DNA of 64,000 nucleotides from Candidatus Micrarchaeota archaeon (lineage in GTDB: Archaea > Micrarchaeota > Micrarchaeia > Micrarchaeales > CABMGC01). The stretch lies in assembly GCA_028866835.1 (NCBI GenBank), contig JAGWHJ010000001.1:4636-68635 (forward strand), read 5' to 3'. The notes under the pieces are model-generated. The model had not been told where the DNA came from. It saw only the letters and a list, made by a program, of their open reading frames with translations, and did no database searches. Below, in pieces: positions 27,784 through 36,342 of the stretch. The position numbers and the translations under genes are program-made. Numbering within the stretch: position 1 is the first letter of the stretch; each line of letters opens with the position of its first letter.

Positions 27784-28851
27784 ATGAAGAGCTTAAGGAT
27801 GGCTGGGCTTGGCATCGAGGCTTTCAAGAACAACTTCACGATGCTCGACAGGCCGTACAAGCTGACTTTCTCGATGACATACTGGTGCCAGTCGAGATGC
27901 CTTACGTGCAACATATGGGAGATAAAGCCGAAGGGCGAGCTTACGCTTGACGAGATAAGGCAGTTCGCGGCCAAGAACAGGTACTTCAGGTGGATTGAGC
28001 TTACGGGAGGCGAACCTTTCCTAAGGAACGACATAGTAGAGATAGCGAAGGCCTTTGTGGAGAATTCGCCGGGGCTTTACATAATGACCATGCCGACCAA
28101 CTCGCTGTGCAACCAAGACATGGTCGTAAGCAAGATAGAGCAGATGCTCGATCTTGGCATACCGAAGCTTTCGATAACGCTCAGCCTCGACGGCTACCGC
28201 GAGCTCCACGACAAGATAAGAGGCGTGCCGGGCAATTTCGACAGAGTAATGTCTATGGCGAGGAGGCTGCAGGAGTTCCAGAAGAGGCACCCTAACCTCT
28301 TTTTCGTTTTCGGATACACCATGAGCAAGTTTAACCAGAACGAGTTCGCGAAGACCTACGAGGCGGTGAGCAAGGAGATACCGGGAATCACGTACAATAA
28401 TTTCCACTTAAATCTTGCGCAGTTGTCCGACATATACTACGAGAACACCAACCTCCAGATAAAGTCCGACAGGCAGATAGCTGCGGAGGAGATAGAATCG
28501 GTTATAAGGAATAGGCACTTCGAGGTAGGCGCGATACCCGCAATAGAGAACGTCTTCCTTAAGAAGCTCGTCCAGTACGCTAAGAGCGGCGAGGTGCCGA
28601 TAAAGAGCAAGAGCCTCGACGCTTCCCTATTCATGGACAGCTACGGCAATGTTTATCCTTCGATAATGTGGGGCCACAAGATAGGCAACATACGCGAGAG
28701 CGGATACGACCTGATGCCGCTGTGGCACAACCAGGAGGCCGAGTTCGTTAGGACGGCAATAAAGGAGGGGAAGGAACCTGTCGCCTGGACAGCCTGCGAG
28801 GCCTACCAGAGCATAGTGGGCAACATGGGCAGCATACTCGGCTTGCAGTAG
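27784..28851 (+). CDS. Radical SAM protein with a degenerate SPASM/twitch-like C-terminus
   Basis: CQSRCLTC (CX3CX2C), TGGEPFLR, SLDG and GNVYP...IGNI motifs. Confidence 0.9.
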   Translation: MKSLRMAGLGIEAFKNNFTMLDRPYKLTFSMTYWCQSRCLTCNIWEIKPKGELTLDEIRQFAAKNRYFRWIELTGGEPFLRNDIVEIAKAFVENSPGLYIMTMPTNSLCNQDMVVSKIEQMLDLGIPKLSITLSLDGYRELHDKIRGVPGNFDRVMSMARRLQEFQKRHPNLFFVFGYTMSKFNQNEFAKTYEAVSKEIPGITYNNFHLNLAQLSDIYYENTNLQIKSDRQIAAEEIESVIRNRHFEVGAIPAIENVFLKKLVQYAKSGEVPIKSKSLDASLFMDSYGNVYPSIMWGHKIGNIRESGYDLMPLWHNQEAEFVRTAIKEGKEPVAWTACEAYQSIVGNMGSILGLQ

Positions 28852-28898
28852 ATTGCAACTCTTTTTAAGTTTAAGGTCGAATCCTAATACGGGTAATT

Positions 28899-30596
28899 AT
28901 GTATATACTTGGTATCTGGGACGGGCACGATTCCGGAGCGGCGCTCGTAAAGGACAACAAGATACTCTTCGCTGCGAACGAGGAGCGCTACACCAAGAGG
29001 AAGCTGGAGGTCAGCTTCCCCAGCAATTCCATAAAGGCGGCGCTCGACTTTGAAGGGATCAAGCCGGACCAGATAGGCGTTGTCGCATTCCCTACACTTG
29101 AATTCACCAAGACCCTCTCCAGGATATTCCCGATGCAGAAGGAAACGTACTACAAGTTCAGGAGAAGGAAGATGCTAAGGCCCAGGACAACGCACCTGAT
29201 GCACTACGCCAAGTACTCCATGACGAGCATCGGCGTTCTGCCGCTTTGCAAGGCCATCAGCAACGCATCTGTCTCGCATGAGCTGAGAAGGCTGGGCTTC
29301 GGGCGGGTCAGGCTATACAACGTGGAGCACCATGCCGCCCACGCGGCCACCGCCGCATTCACGTCGGGCTTCGGGAAATCGTTAGTAGTGACCATGGACG
29401 GGGTAGGCGATGGGCTGTGCGGGACGATAAGCACGTTTGAGAACGGAGAACTCACGAGGAGGCAGGAGATAGGCGCCGCGAATTCCATAGGAATCTTCTT
29501 CGAGCAGGTCACAAACATAGTCGGTATGAGAGAGCTCGAGGATGAGGGGAAGGTGATGGCGATGGCCGACTACTCCTTCCCGTTCGAGTTCGAGAAGAAC
29601 AGGCTCAAGGAGTTCTATACTGTGAAGGGCCTTGAGATAAAGGCGAAATACGGGCCGATAAAGCAGTACAACATGCTGGACCGAATCGCATGGACCATGC
29701 CGAGGGAGCAGTTCGCGTACATGGCGCAGCAGCTCCTCGAGAAGACGCTGGTCGAGTTCTTCGGGAACGCGATCGGTGAGTTCGGGCTTTCCGACGTGGC
29801 GATGGCCGGAGGGATCATGTCGAACGTTAAGGCGAACATGAAGATAAGGAACCTTGACAGCCTCAAGAGATGGTTCATCTTCCCGCACATGGGAGACGGA
29901 GGAATAGCCCTGGGCGCAGCGCTCTACGCCAACTACGAGCTTAACGGAGTGACAAAATACGACTTTAACGATTCATACCTGGGAACAGGATACGATGACA
30001 GGTACATGGAGGATGTGCTCAGGGAGGAGAAGGACATAGAGTACGAGCATGACAGGAACAAGGCATCGCATGCAGCAGACATCATAGCCGACGACAATTA
30101 TCTGTTCTGGTTTCAGGGCAGGATGGAGTACGGGCCCAGGGCGCTGGGGAACAGGAGCATACTCGCAAATGCCGGTTCCGATAACGTAAAGGAGAAGCTC
30201 AATCTCTATGTTAAGCAGAGGGAATGGTACCAGCCCTTTGCGCCGTCTATGCTGGACAGCGAGGCGGACAACCTGCTGAAGAACATAAAGGGCCACGACA
30301 GGTTCATGACGATGGCATACGACGTGAGGAAGGACAGGGCCAGCGTGATGAAATCGGTGATGCACATAGACATGACAGCGAGGCCGCAGATGGTCGGCGG
30401 CGAGAACAAGGAGTACGAGAGGCTGCTAAGGAACTTAAAGAAGAAGACGGGATACGGCCTTGTGCTCAATACGAGCTTCAACCTGCACGGCATGCCGATA
30501 GTGCTGGATCCCAAGGATGCGCTGCTGACCATGAAGAAGACGAAGACCAGGCACATGTTTATGGGCAATTTCTACATTGAGAACAAGCAGGCGTGA
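28899..30596 (+). CDS. NodU/CmcH-family O-carbamoyltransferase
   Basis: GHDSGAAL..EER..R.K, VEHHAAHA, DGVGD, EGKVMAMA, GRMEYGPRALGNRSIL, PFAPS and LNTSFNLHG motifs. Confidence 0.95.
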   Translation: MYILGIWDGHDSGAALVKDNKILFAANEERYTKRKLEVSFPSNSIKAALDFEGIKPDQIGVVAFPTLEFTKTLSRIFPMQKETYYKFRRRKMLRPRTTHLMHYAKYSMTSIGVLPLCKAISNASVSHELRRLGFGRVRLYNVEHHAAHAATAAFTSGFGKSLVVTMDGVGDGLCGTISTFENGELTRRQEIGAANSIGIFFEQVTNIVGMRELEDEGKVMAMADYSFPFEFEKNRLKEFYTVKGLEIKAKYGPIKQYNMLDRIAWTMPREQFAYMAQQLLEKTLVEFFGNAIGEFGLSDVAMAGGIMSNVKANMKIRNLDSLKRWFIFPHMGDGGIALGAALYANYELNGVTKYDFNDSYLGTGYDDRYMEDVLREEKDIEYEHDRNKASHAADIIADDNYLFWFQGRMEYGPRALGNRSILANAGSDNVKEKLNLYVKQREWYQPFAPSMLDSEADNLLKNIKGHDRFMTMAYDVRKDRASVMKSVMHIDMTARPQMVGGENKEYERLLRNLKKKTGYGLVLNTSFNLHGMPIVLDPKDALLTMKKTKTRHMFMGNFYIENKQA

Positions 30597-30599
30597 AGG

Positions 30600-31739
30600 A
30601 TGAAGATAGCTTTTGCGTATGACGTACCGTATCCGTGGCATATCGGCGGGATAGAGTTCCTGAATTTCAGCGAGGCCCAGGCGCTTGCGAGGCGCAACGA
30701 CGTGCACTTCTTCACGCTAAGATGGCCGGAGATGAAGGAGAACTTCAGGTACGAGGGCATACGCTACCACACCTTCCACAACGTGACGCAGAAGCAGGTG
30801 TACAGGCATGGAAGGAGGTCGATAAGAGAGGCGGTCTTCTTCTCATTCGGATTGTTCAAGATGTTCAGCTATGATTTTGACGTGGTCATAACCGACCAGT
30901 TCCCGGTGCTGCATCTGCCGACTGTAAAGCTCTATTGCTGGCTCAAGCACAGCAAGCTCGTGCTGGAGGTGGCGGAGGTGTGGGACCGTGCATACTGGAA
31001 CGAGTACCTAGGAAGCGGACTGGGCTGGATCGCGCACGGCCTGACAAGCCTTTTCATAAGGAATGCGGACATGTACGTAGTTGATTCCAGCACTACCGGG
31101 AACAGGCTTGCATCGATATTCAGGATAGACAAGAAAAAGATAGTCCAGTACGCACCGTCGGTTGATGACAAGCTCATAGGAAAGGTGAATAATGGATACA
31201 GCGGCCTGCGCGACAAGACGGTGATATTTTCAGGCAGGCTGATAAAGGAAAAACGGCTCGACAAATGGATCGAGGTTGTCGAGAAGGCGATCAGGAAGAG
31301 CCCCGGCATAAGGGGCGTGATTGTTGGCGCAGGGCCGGAATACGACAGCATAAAATCACTTATCGAGAAGAAGGGCCTTTCTGGGAAGATAGAGCTAAGG
31401 CCATTCTACAAGGAGAAGAGGGACTTCTACAGGGAGCTGAGGAGGTCCGGGATGATACTCCACATGTCCGAGAGGGAAGGCCTCGGCATAATCGTAATAG
31501 AGAGCGTTGCACTTGGCACGCCAGTGCTGTTGCCGGATTACACGCCGCTCCCGAAGGAAATAAAGGGGATGTGCGTTGTGGAGCATGAGAAGGACATGCC
31601 AGGTAAGATAGTCGAGATGCTGAACAGCAGATCGAAGGAAAAGTACATCTCCAACACGAAGAACATAGACCGATTCCTTATATCCAATGTGATCCCTGTA
31701 TTCAGCAGGATATTCAAGGACATCGGCTTGAAGGATTAA
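30600..31739 (+). CDS. GT4 glycosyltransferase
   Basis: YP..IGG.E, FSGRL..EKR and SEREGLGIIVIES.A.GTPV (EX7E) motifs. Confidence 0.92.
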   Translation: MKIAFAYDVPYPWHIGGIEFLNFSEAQALARRNDVHFFTLRWPEMKENFRYEGIRYHTFHNVTQKQVYRHGRRSIREAVFFSFGLFKMFSYDFDVVITDQFPVLHLPTVKLYCWLKHSKLVLEVAEVWDRAYWNEYLGSGLGWIAHGLTSLFIRNADMYVVDSSTTGNRLASIFRIDKKKIVQYAPSVDDKLIGKVNNGYSGLRDKTVIFSGRLIKEKRLDKWIEVVEKAIRKSPGIRGVIVGAGPEYDSIKSLIEKKGLSGKIELRPFYKEKRDFYRELRRSGMILHMSEREGLGIIVIESVALGTPVLLPDYTPLPKEIKGMCVVEHEKDMPGKIVEMLNSRSKEKYISNTKNIDRFLISNVIPVFSRIFKDIGLKD

Positions 31740-31774
31740 ATACCATTCGTGCAATAACCATAGAGTGCGAGCGC

Positions 31775-34615
31775 ATGATAAACTATAAGGAGATAGAAAC
31801 AAAGTGGCAGGCCAGATGGTCAAGCGCCAGGATCTTTGAGGGCGAGATCAGCGACAAGCCCGCTTACATGGTCACCGCGGCATGGCCGTACACAAATGCG
31901 CCGCAGCACGTAGGCCACCTGAGGACCTTTGGCACCACGGATGTCCTTGCAAGGTACATGAGGATGAAGGGCTACAATACGCTCTACCCGATGGCTTTCC
32001 ATGCGACTGGCACGCCAATACTCGCATTCGCAAAAAGGCTCAAGAACAACGACCAGGATCTGATATCAGAGCTGCACATGTTCCATGTGCCGGACGACGA
32101 GATACAGAAGATGACAGACCCCATGTACATAGCGAGCTACTTCATAGACGAGATAGAGAAGGGCATGAAGAAGGCCGGATACAGCATCGACTGGAGGAGG
32201 AAATTCGTCTCCGTAGAGCCGCTGTTCAGCAAGTTCGTCGAATGGCAGTTCGGAATCCTCAACGAGAAAGGATATATAGTCAAGGGCAAGCATCCAGTAG
32301 GCTGGTGCCCCAACGAGAACAACGCTGTGGGAATGCATGACACCAAGCATGATGTGGAGCCGGAGATAGACAAGGAAACCGCGATAAAGTTCAAGATAGA
32401 CGGCGAGGACGCATACCTTCTGTGCACGACGTACCGCCCGGAGACGATATTCGGCGTGACGAACGTGTTCGTCAATTCAGATGTGGTGTACGCGCTCTGC
32501 AAGGTGAACGACGAGCCCATTCCTTACTACATGTCAAAGGCCACGTCGCAGATGCTTTCATACCAGCTGAAGATAGAGCGGATCTCGGAGGTGAAGGGAG
32601 CCGACCTGCTCCAGAGGATGTGCCTGAACCCGATCAACGGCGCGAAGATACCGGTACTGCCGGGCTTCTTCGTCAAGGAGGACATCGGGACGGGAATTGT
32701 GATGAGCGTCCCGGCCCACGCACCTTTTGATTACGTAGCGCTAGAGAAGCTAAGGTCCAGCGGCTACAGCATGCCTGAGATAAAGCCAGTGAAGGTCCTT
32801 GAGGTCAAGAAGGCCGGCGCTGCCGCCGAGGAGCCTTACGTGGACATGCCCGCGCTGGCATACATAAACCTCTTCTCCAAGGGCGAGAAAGAGCTCGACG
32901 CCGCGCTCGAGGAGGCGACAAAGGCTGAATACAAGGACGAATCGCATTTCGGCGTCATGATTGTCGAGGGTTATAAGGGCATGGGAGAGATGCAGGCAAG
33001 GGAGAAGATAACCGCCGACATGGTGAAGGCCTGCAGCGCTTTTGAGATATACGTAATCGTTAACAACCCAGTCTTCTGCAGGTGCGGATACAGGGTCACC
33101 GTCAAGCTCGTGGACAACCAGTGGTTCATAAACTATGGCGACCATGCATGGAAGGACAGGGCAAGGGAGGCCTTCATGTCGATGACAATACTGCCGGAGA
33201 AGAGCAGGAAGGCATTCGAATCAGCCATAGACTGGATAGACCTCAGAGCCACCGAGAGGGCGCAGGGGCTCGGGACAAAGTTCCCGCTCAACGAGGACCA
33301 CATAATAGAATCGCTCTCCGATTCGACGATATACATGTCCTTCTACACGATCTCGTATCTTGTCAGGAGCATCCCCATCGAGAACCTCAAGCCCGCATTC
33401 TTCGACTACGTCTTCCTGAAAAAGGGCAACATAGACGAGGTGTCGAAGGCGACGGGCATAAGCTACGAGACCATAAAGAGGTGCCGGGAATCTTTTTCGT
33501 ACTGGTATCCTAACACGTCAAGGCACTCCGGTCCTGACCTGATATTCAACCATCTGACAATGTACATCTTCAACCACGTTGCCGTCTTCCACAAGGAATA
33601 CTGGCCGAAGCAGATAGTCGTCAACGGCTCGGTCCTCAGCGAGGGGGAGAAGATGAGCAAGAGCCTCGGCAACATAGTGCCGCTCATGGACGGCATGGAG
33701 AAGTACGGCGCTGATCCGCTGAGGTTCGTTGTGGTCGCAGGCGCGGATCTCTTCAGCGATTCGGAGTTCAGCGCGGAGGCGGTCCGAGGAGTTGACGAGC
33801 GCCTGGAGTACCTCTACGACCTGGCGAGGAGGATCGATGAGTTCGAGTCGGGTGAACTGAAGCACATAGACTACTGGCTCTACTCCAAGCTCAACAGGAA
33901 GATAAGGGCGGTCACGCAGTCGATAGATAAGCTCGAGCTCAGGGGCGTATCGACACTTGCGCTGTACGATTCCATAATAGAGCTGAAGAGGTATCTCGCA
34001 CGCGGGGGCGGCAACGGTCTTGCCCTCCGCGATTACGTCACGAATGTGACCATGCTGCTTGCGCCGATAGTGCCGCACTTCTCTGAGGAATTGTGGGAGA
34101 TGCTCGGCAACGGGCCGTTCGTAGCAACGGAGAGGTGGCCCTCGGCTGACGAATCCATGATAAGCGACAAGATAGAGAGCGAGGAGGAGCTGCTCGACAG
34201 CGTGATAGGAGATTCGAAGCAGGTCCTTGACCTCCTCAGGAAGAAGACGGGCAAGGAGCCGGCCGAGCTCGTGCTCATAGTTGCCGACAACTGGAAGACC
34301 ATGCTGAACAACAGGCTTGCCAGGGAAAAGAACACGGGAAAGGTGATAAAGGAGCTCAACTTGGAAGACGAGATGTTCAAGGGCGTAGACAAGGACAGGG
34401 TCATGAAGTACGTGAACCAGCTGCTCAGGAAGCGCAACACGCTGCGCATTATAAGCACGGACCAGGAGGAGGAGTTCAGGCTCCTCAACGAATCCAAGCT
34501 TTACATAGAGAGCGTCCTGAGGTGCAGGCCGGTGATAGAGAAGGAGGGCTCGGCCAAGTCCCAGAGGGCCGCGCTCGCTATGCCGCAGAGGCCGGCTATA
34601 GACGCTAGAACCTGA
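31775..34615 (+). CDS. leuS: Leucine--tRNA ligase (archaeal type)
   Basis: PYTN..QHVGH, TYRPET, GTGIVMSVPAHAPFD, IESLSDSTIYM and KMSKS motifs. Confidence 0.97.
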   Translation: MINYKEIETKWQARWSSARIFEGEISDKPAYMVTAAWPYTNAPQHVGHLRTFGTTDVLARYMRMKGYNTLYPMAFHATGTPILAFAKRLKNNDQDLISELHMFHVPDDEIQKMTDPMYIASYFIDEIEKGMKKAGYSIDWRRKFVSVEPLFSKFVEWQFGILNEKGYIVKGKHPVGWCPNENNAVGMHDTKHDVEPEIDKETAIKFKIDGEDAYLLCTTYRPETIFGVTNVFVNSDVVYALCKVNDEPIPYYMSKATSQMLSYQLKIERISEVKGADLLQRMCLNPINGAKIPVLPGFFVKEDIGTGIVMSVPAHAPFDYVALEKLRSSGYSMPEIKPVKVLEVKKAGAAAEEPYVDMPALAYINLFSKGEKELDAALEEATKAEYKDESHFGVMIVEGYKGMGEMQAREKITADMVKACSAFEIYVIVNNPVFCRCGYRVTVKLVDNQWFINYGDHAWKDRAREAFMSMTILPEKSRKAFESAIDWIDLRATERAQGLGTKFPLNEDHIIESLSDSTIYMSFYTISYLVRSIPIENLKPAFFDYVFLKKGNIDEVSKATGISYETIKRCRESFSYWYPNTSRHSGPDLIFNHLTMYIFNHVAVFHKEYWPKQIVVNGSVLSEGEKMSKSLGNIVPLMDGMEKYGADPLRFVVVAGADLFSDSEFSAEAVRGVDERLEYLYDLARRIDEFESGELKHIDYWLYSKLNRKIRAVTQSIDKLELRGVSTLALYDSIIELKRYLARGGGNGLALRDYVTNVTMLLAPIVPHFSEELWEMLGNGPFVATERWPSADESMISDKIESEEELLDSVIGDSKQVLDLLRKKTGKEPAELVLIVADNWKTMLNNRLAREKNTGKVIKELNLEDEMFKGVDKDRVMKYVNQLLRKRNTLRIISTDQEEEFRLLNESKLYIESVLRCRPVIEKEGSAKSQRAALAMPQRPAIDART

Positions 34616-35333
34616 AGCTGTTGAAGAACAGCGACATCACAAGCGCGATTATGAGTATGAAGGCTAGTTCTATCATGAATAATATGGCCGGTATGCCCAT
34701 CAGTGTTGCCGCTATGAAGAAGAACACGAAGGTTATCAGCATCATTATCGCGAATACGCCCTTGTTCCACCTGAACACCTTGCTGCCGTCTAGAGGATAG
34801 ACCGGCAGCATGTTGAAGAATGCCAGGAGTATGCTTATGAACAGCGTCACAGACACGGCCATGTTCAGATACTGGCTTGACTGGAGCGCGCTCGAGTAGA
34901 CAATGCTTATGATGAAGAACACGATGAAGACCGCGAAGTTCGTCAGCGGCCCTGCAAGGGAGACGTATCCCTCCTCCCTCCGCGTGAACGTGCTGGTGTA
35001 TATTATGGTTGCTCCAGGCACGCCTATGAGGAAGCCGAAGAGCGCGGTCATTATCGTGAAGAATATGCCGTTTGTCGACTTCCTGAAGGCCGCTACCGCT
35101 CCGAAATGCTTCGCGGCAAGCTTGTGCATGTATTCGTGGAGCACGAACGAGAGCGTGACCGCCATGATGGTTATCGGCATGAGTGCGAGGAAGGCGTACG
35201 GCTTTGCAGCCGCATTGGCCAGGCCCCCGGAAAGCACAAGCGCGAAGCCCAAGCTGAGGATCAGGTCGGCTATGATTATGTCCTCTATCTCCTCCCTCAC
35301 AAAGGAACGTCCACTATTGTAATAATCGGCCAT
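34605..35333 (-). CDS. Site-2 protease (M50) intramembrane metalloprotease
   Basis: HEYMH, AGPLTN and FNMLPVYPLDG motifs. Confidence 0.92.
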   Translation of the reverse strand: MADYYNSGRSFVREEIEDIIIADLILSLGFALVLSGGLANAAAKPYAFLALMPITIMAVTLSFVLHEYMHKLAAKHFGAVAAFRKSTNGIFFTIMTALFGFLIGVPGATIIYTSTFTRREEGYVSLAGPLTNFAVFIVFFIISIVYSSALQSSQYLNMAVSVTLFISILLAFFNMLPVYPLDGSKVFRWNKGVFAIMMLITFVFFFIAATLMGIPAILFMIELAFILIIALVMSLFFNSFRF

Positions 35334-35361
35334 TGTCAAATCACGATTCCGCGCGAAGCCT

Positions 35362-36153
35362 TCAGCTCTTTGTCTGCACAGTGCCTTCCAGCGACTTCGA
35401 GCAGCTGCAGCTCTGCGTTTCGGGTATCTTCGGCACGATGTTGAGCACGAATTCCTTCGCCTTTGCCTGAAGCGCGCTGACTCCTTCTGCTGCCATCGGC
35501 GTTATGTCCGCCTTGCCCTCCATGCACGCGTCGTAGCCCGTGACGATACCCATGCCAAGGTAGCATATGCCGCTCTCCCTCGCGAGCGCAACCTCGGGGT
35601 ACTGGACCATGTCGATGACATGGAAGCCCTGCGAGCTGAAGAAAGATGATTCCGCCTTGCTGACCATGCGCGGCCCGTTCACGACGACGACTGTGCCGGC
35701 CTTGTGATACTTCATCCCCATGCCGTCCGCGGTCTTTGCAGCGAGCTCCCTGAGCTCGGGGCAGTAAGGCTCCGCCGTGCTGACCTGCGCGAAGCCGTCC
35801 TCGTCGAAGAAGGTCTCCGCCCTGCCGCTGGTCATGTTCACGAACTGGTCGAAGAAGACGAACTCGCCTGGTTTGTAGTCGGCGTTAAGCGAATTTACCG
35901 TGCAGGTTCCCAGTATCCTCCTCACCGTCATCGTCTTGAGCGCGGCGATGTTTGAGCGGTAAGGCACCTTCTCCGGGGAGATCCTGTTCTTGAAACCGTG
36001 CCTTGGTATGAATGCGACCATCTTCTCCCCCAGGTTTCCGACGGTGAAATCGTCGCTGGTCGGCCCGTACTTGGTGCTCTGGCTGAAGACAGCGGCGTTC
36101 TCCACCAAAGAGGAGAGAGTTGCGTCCCCTATAAGGCCTATCTCGGCTGGCAT
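35362..36153 (-). CDS. MTAP/PNP-family paralog with degenerate active-site motifs
   Basis: Colinear with the MTAP at 50138 (FIPRHG, VPYR.NI, FDQFVN.T.GR..TF, VSTAEPYC, YPE.ALARE) but GGSG>GDAT, NMT>DMV and TDYD>TGYD. Confidence 0.8.
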   Translation of the reverse strand: MPAEIGLIGDATLSSLVENAAVFSQSTKYGPTSDDFTVGNLGEKMVAFIPRHGFKNRISPEKVPYRSNIAALKTMTVRRILGTCTVNSLNADYKPGEFVFFDQFVNMTSGRAETFFDEDGFAQVSTAEPYCPELRELAAKTADGMGMKYHKAGTVVVVNGPRMVSKAESSFFSSQGFHVIDMVQYPEVALARESGICYLGMGIVTGYDACMEGKADITPMAAEGVSALQAKAKEFVLNIVPKIPETQSCSCSKSLEGTVQTKS

Positions 36154-36192
36154 GATATCGAATCTTATTAACAGCCAAATCTATAATAAATA

Positions 36193-36208
36193 TATTCTTA
36201 TAAGAATA
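36193..36208. promoter_or_regulatory. Perfect 16-bp palindrome centred on TTATAA in the divergent MTAP-like/tRNA-Gln promoter region
   Basis: TATTCTTATAAGAATA is its own reverse complement; it ends ~20 nt before tRNA-Gln. Confidence 0.45.
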
Positions 36209-36228
36209 GAACACCAGACCAAGCTTGA

Positions 36229-36301
36229 AGCCCCATAGTCTAGTGGTCAAGGATATCGGGCTCTGAACCCGGTGACGCCAGTTCGAATCTGGCTGGGGCT
36301 A
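36229..36301 (+). tRNA. tRNA-Gln(CTG), CCA not encoded
   Basis: AGCCCCA-TAGTCTAGTGGTCAAGGATA-TCGGG CT CTG AA CCCGG-TGAC-GCCAG TTCGAAT CTGGC-TGGGGCT-A; A1-U72 pair typical of archaeal tRNA-Gln. Confidence 0.95.
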
Positions 36302-36342
36302 TTTCGGCTTCTGTTTATCAAGAAGGGGAATTAGAAGGAAGG

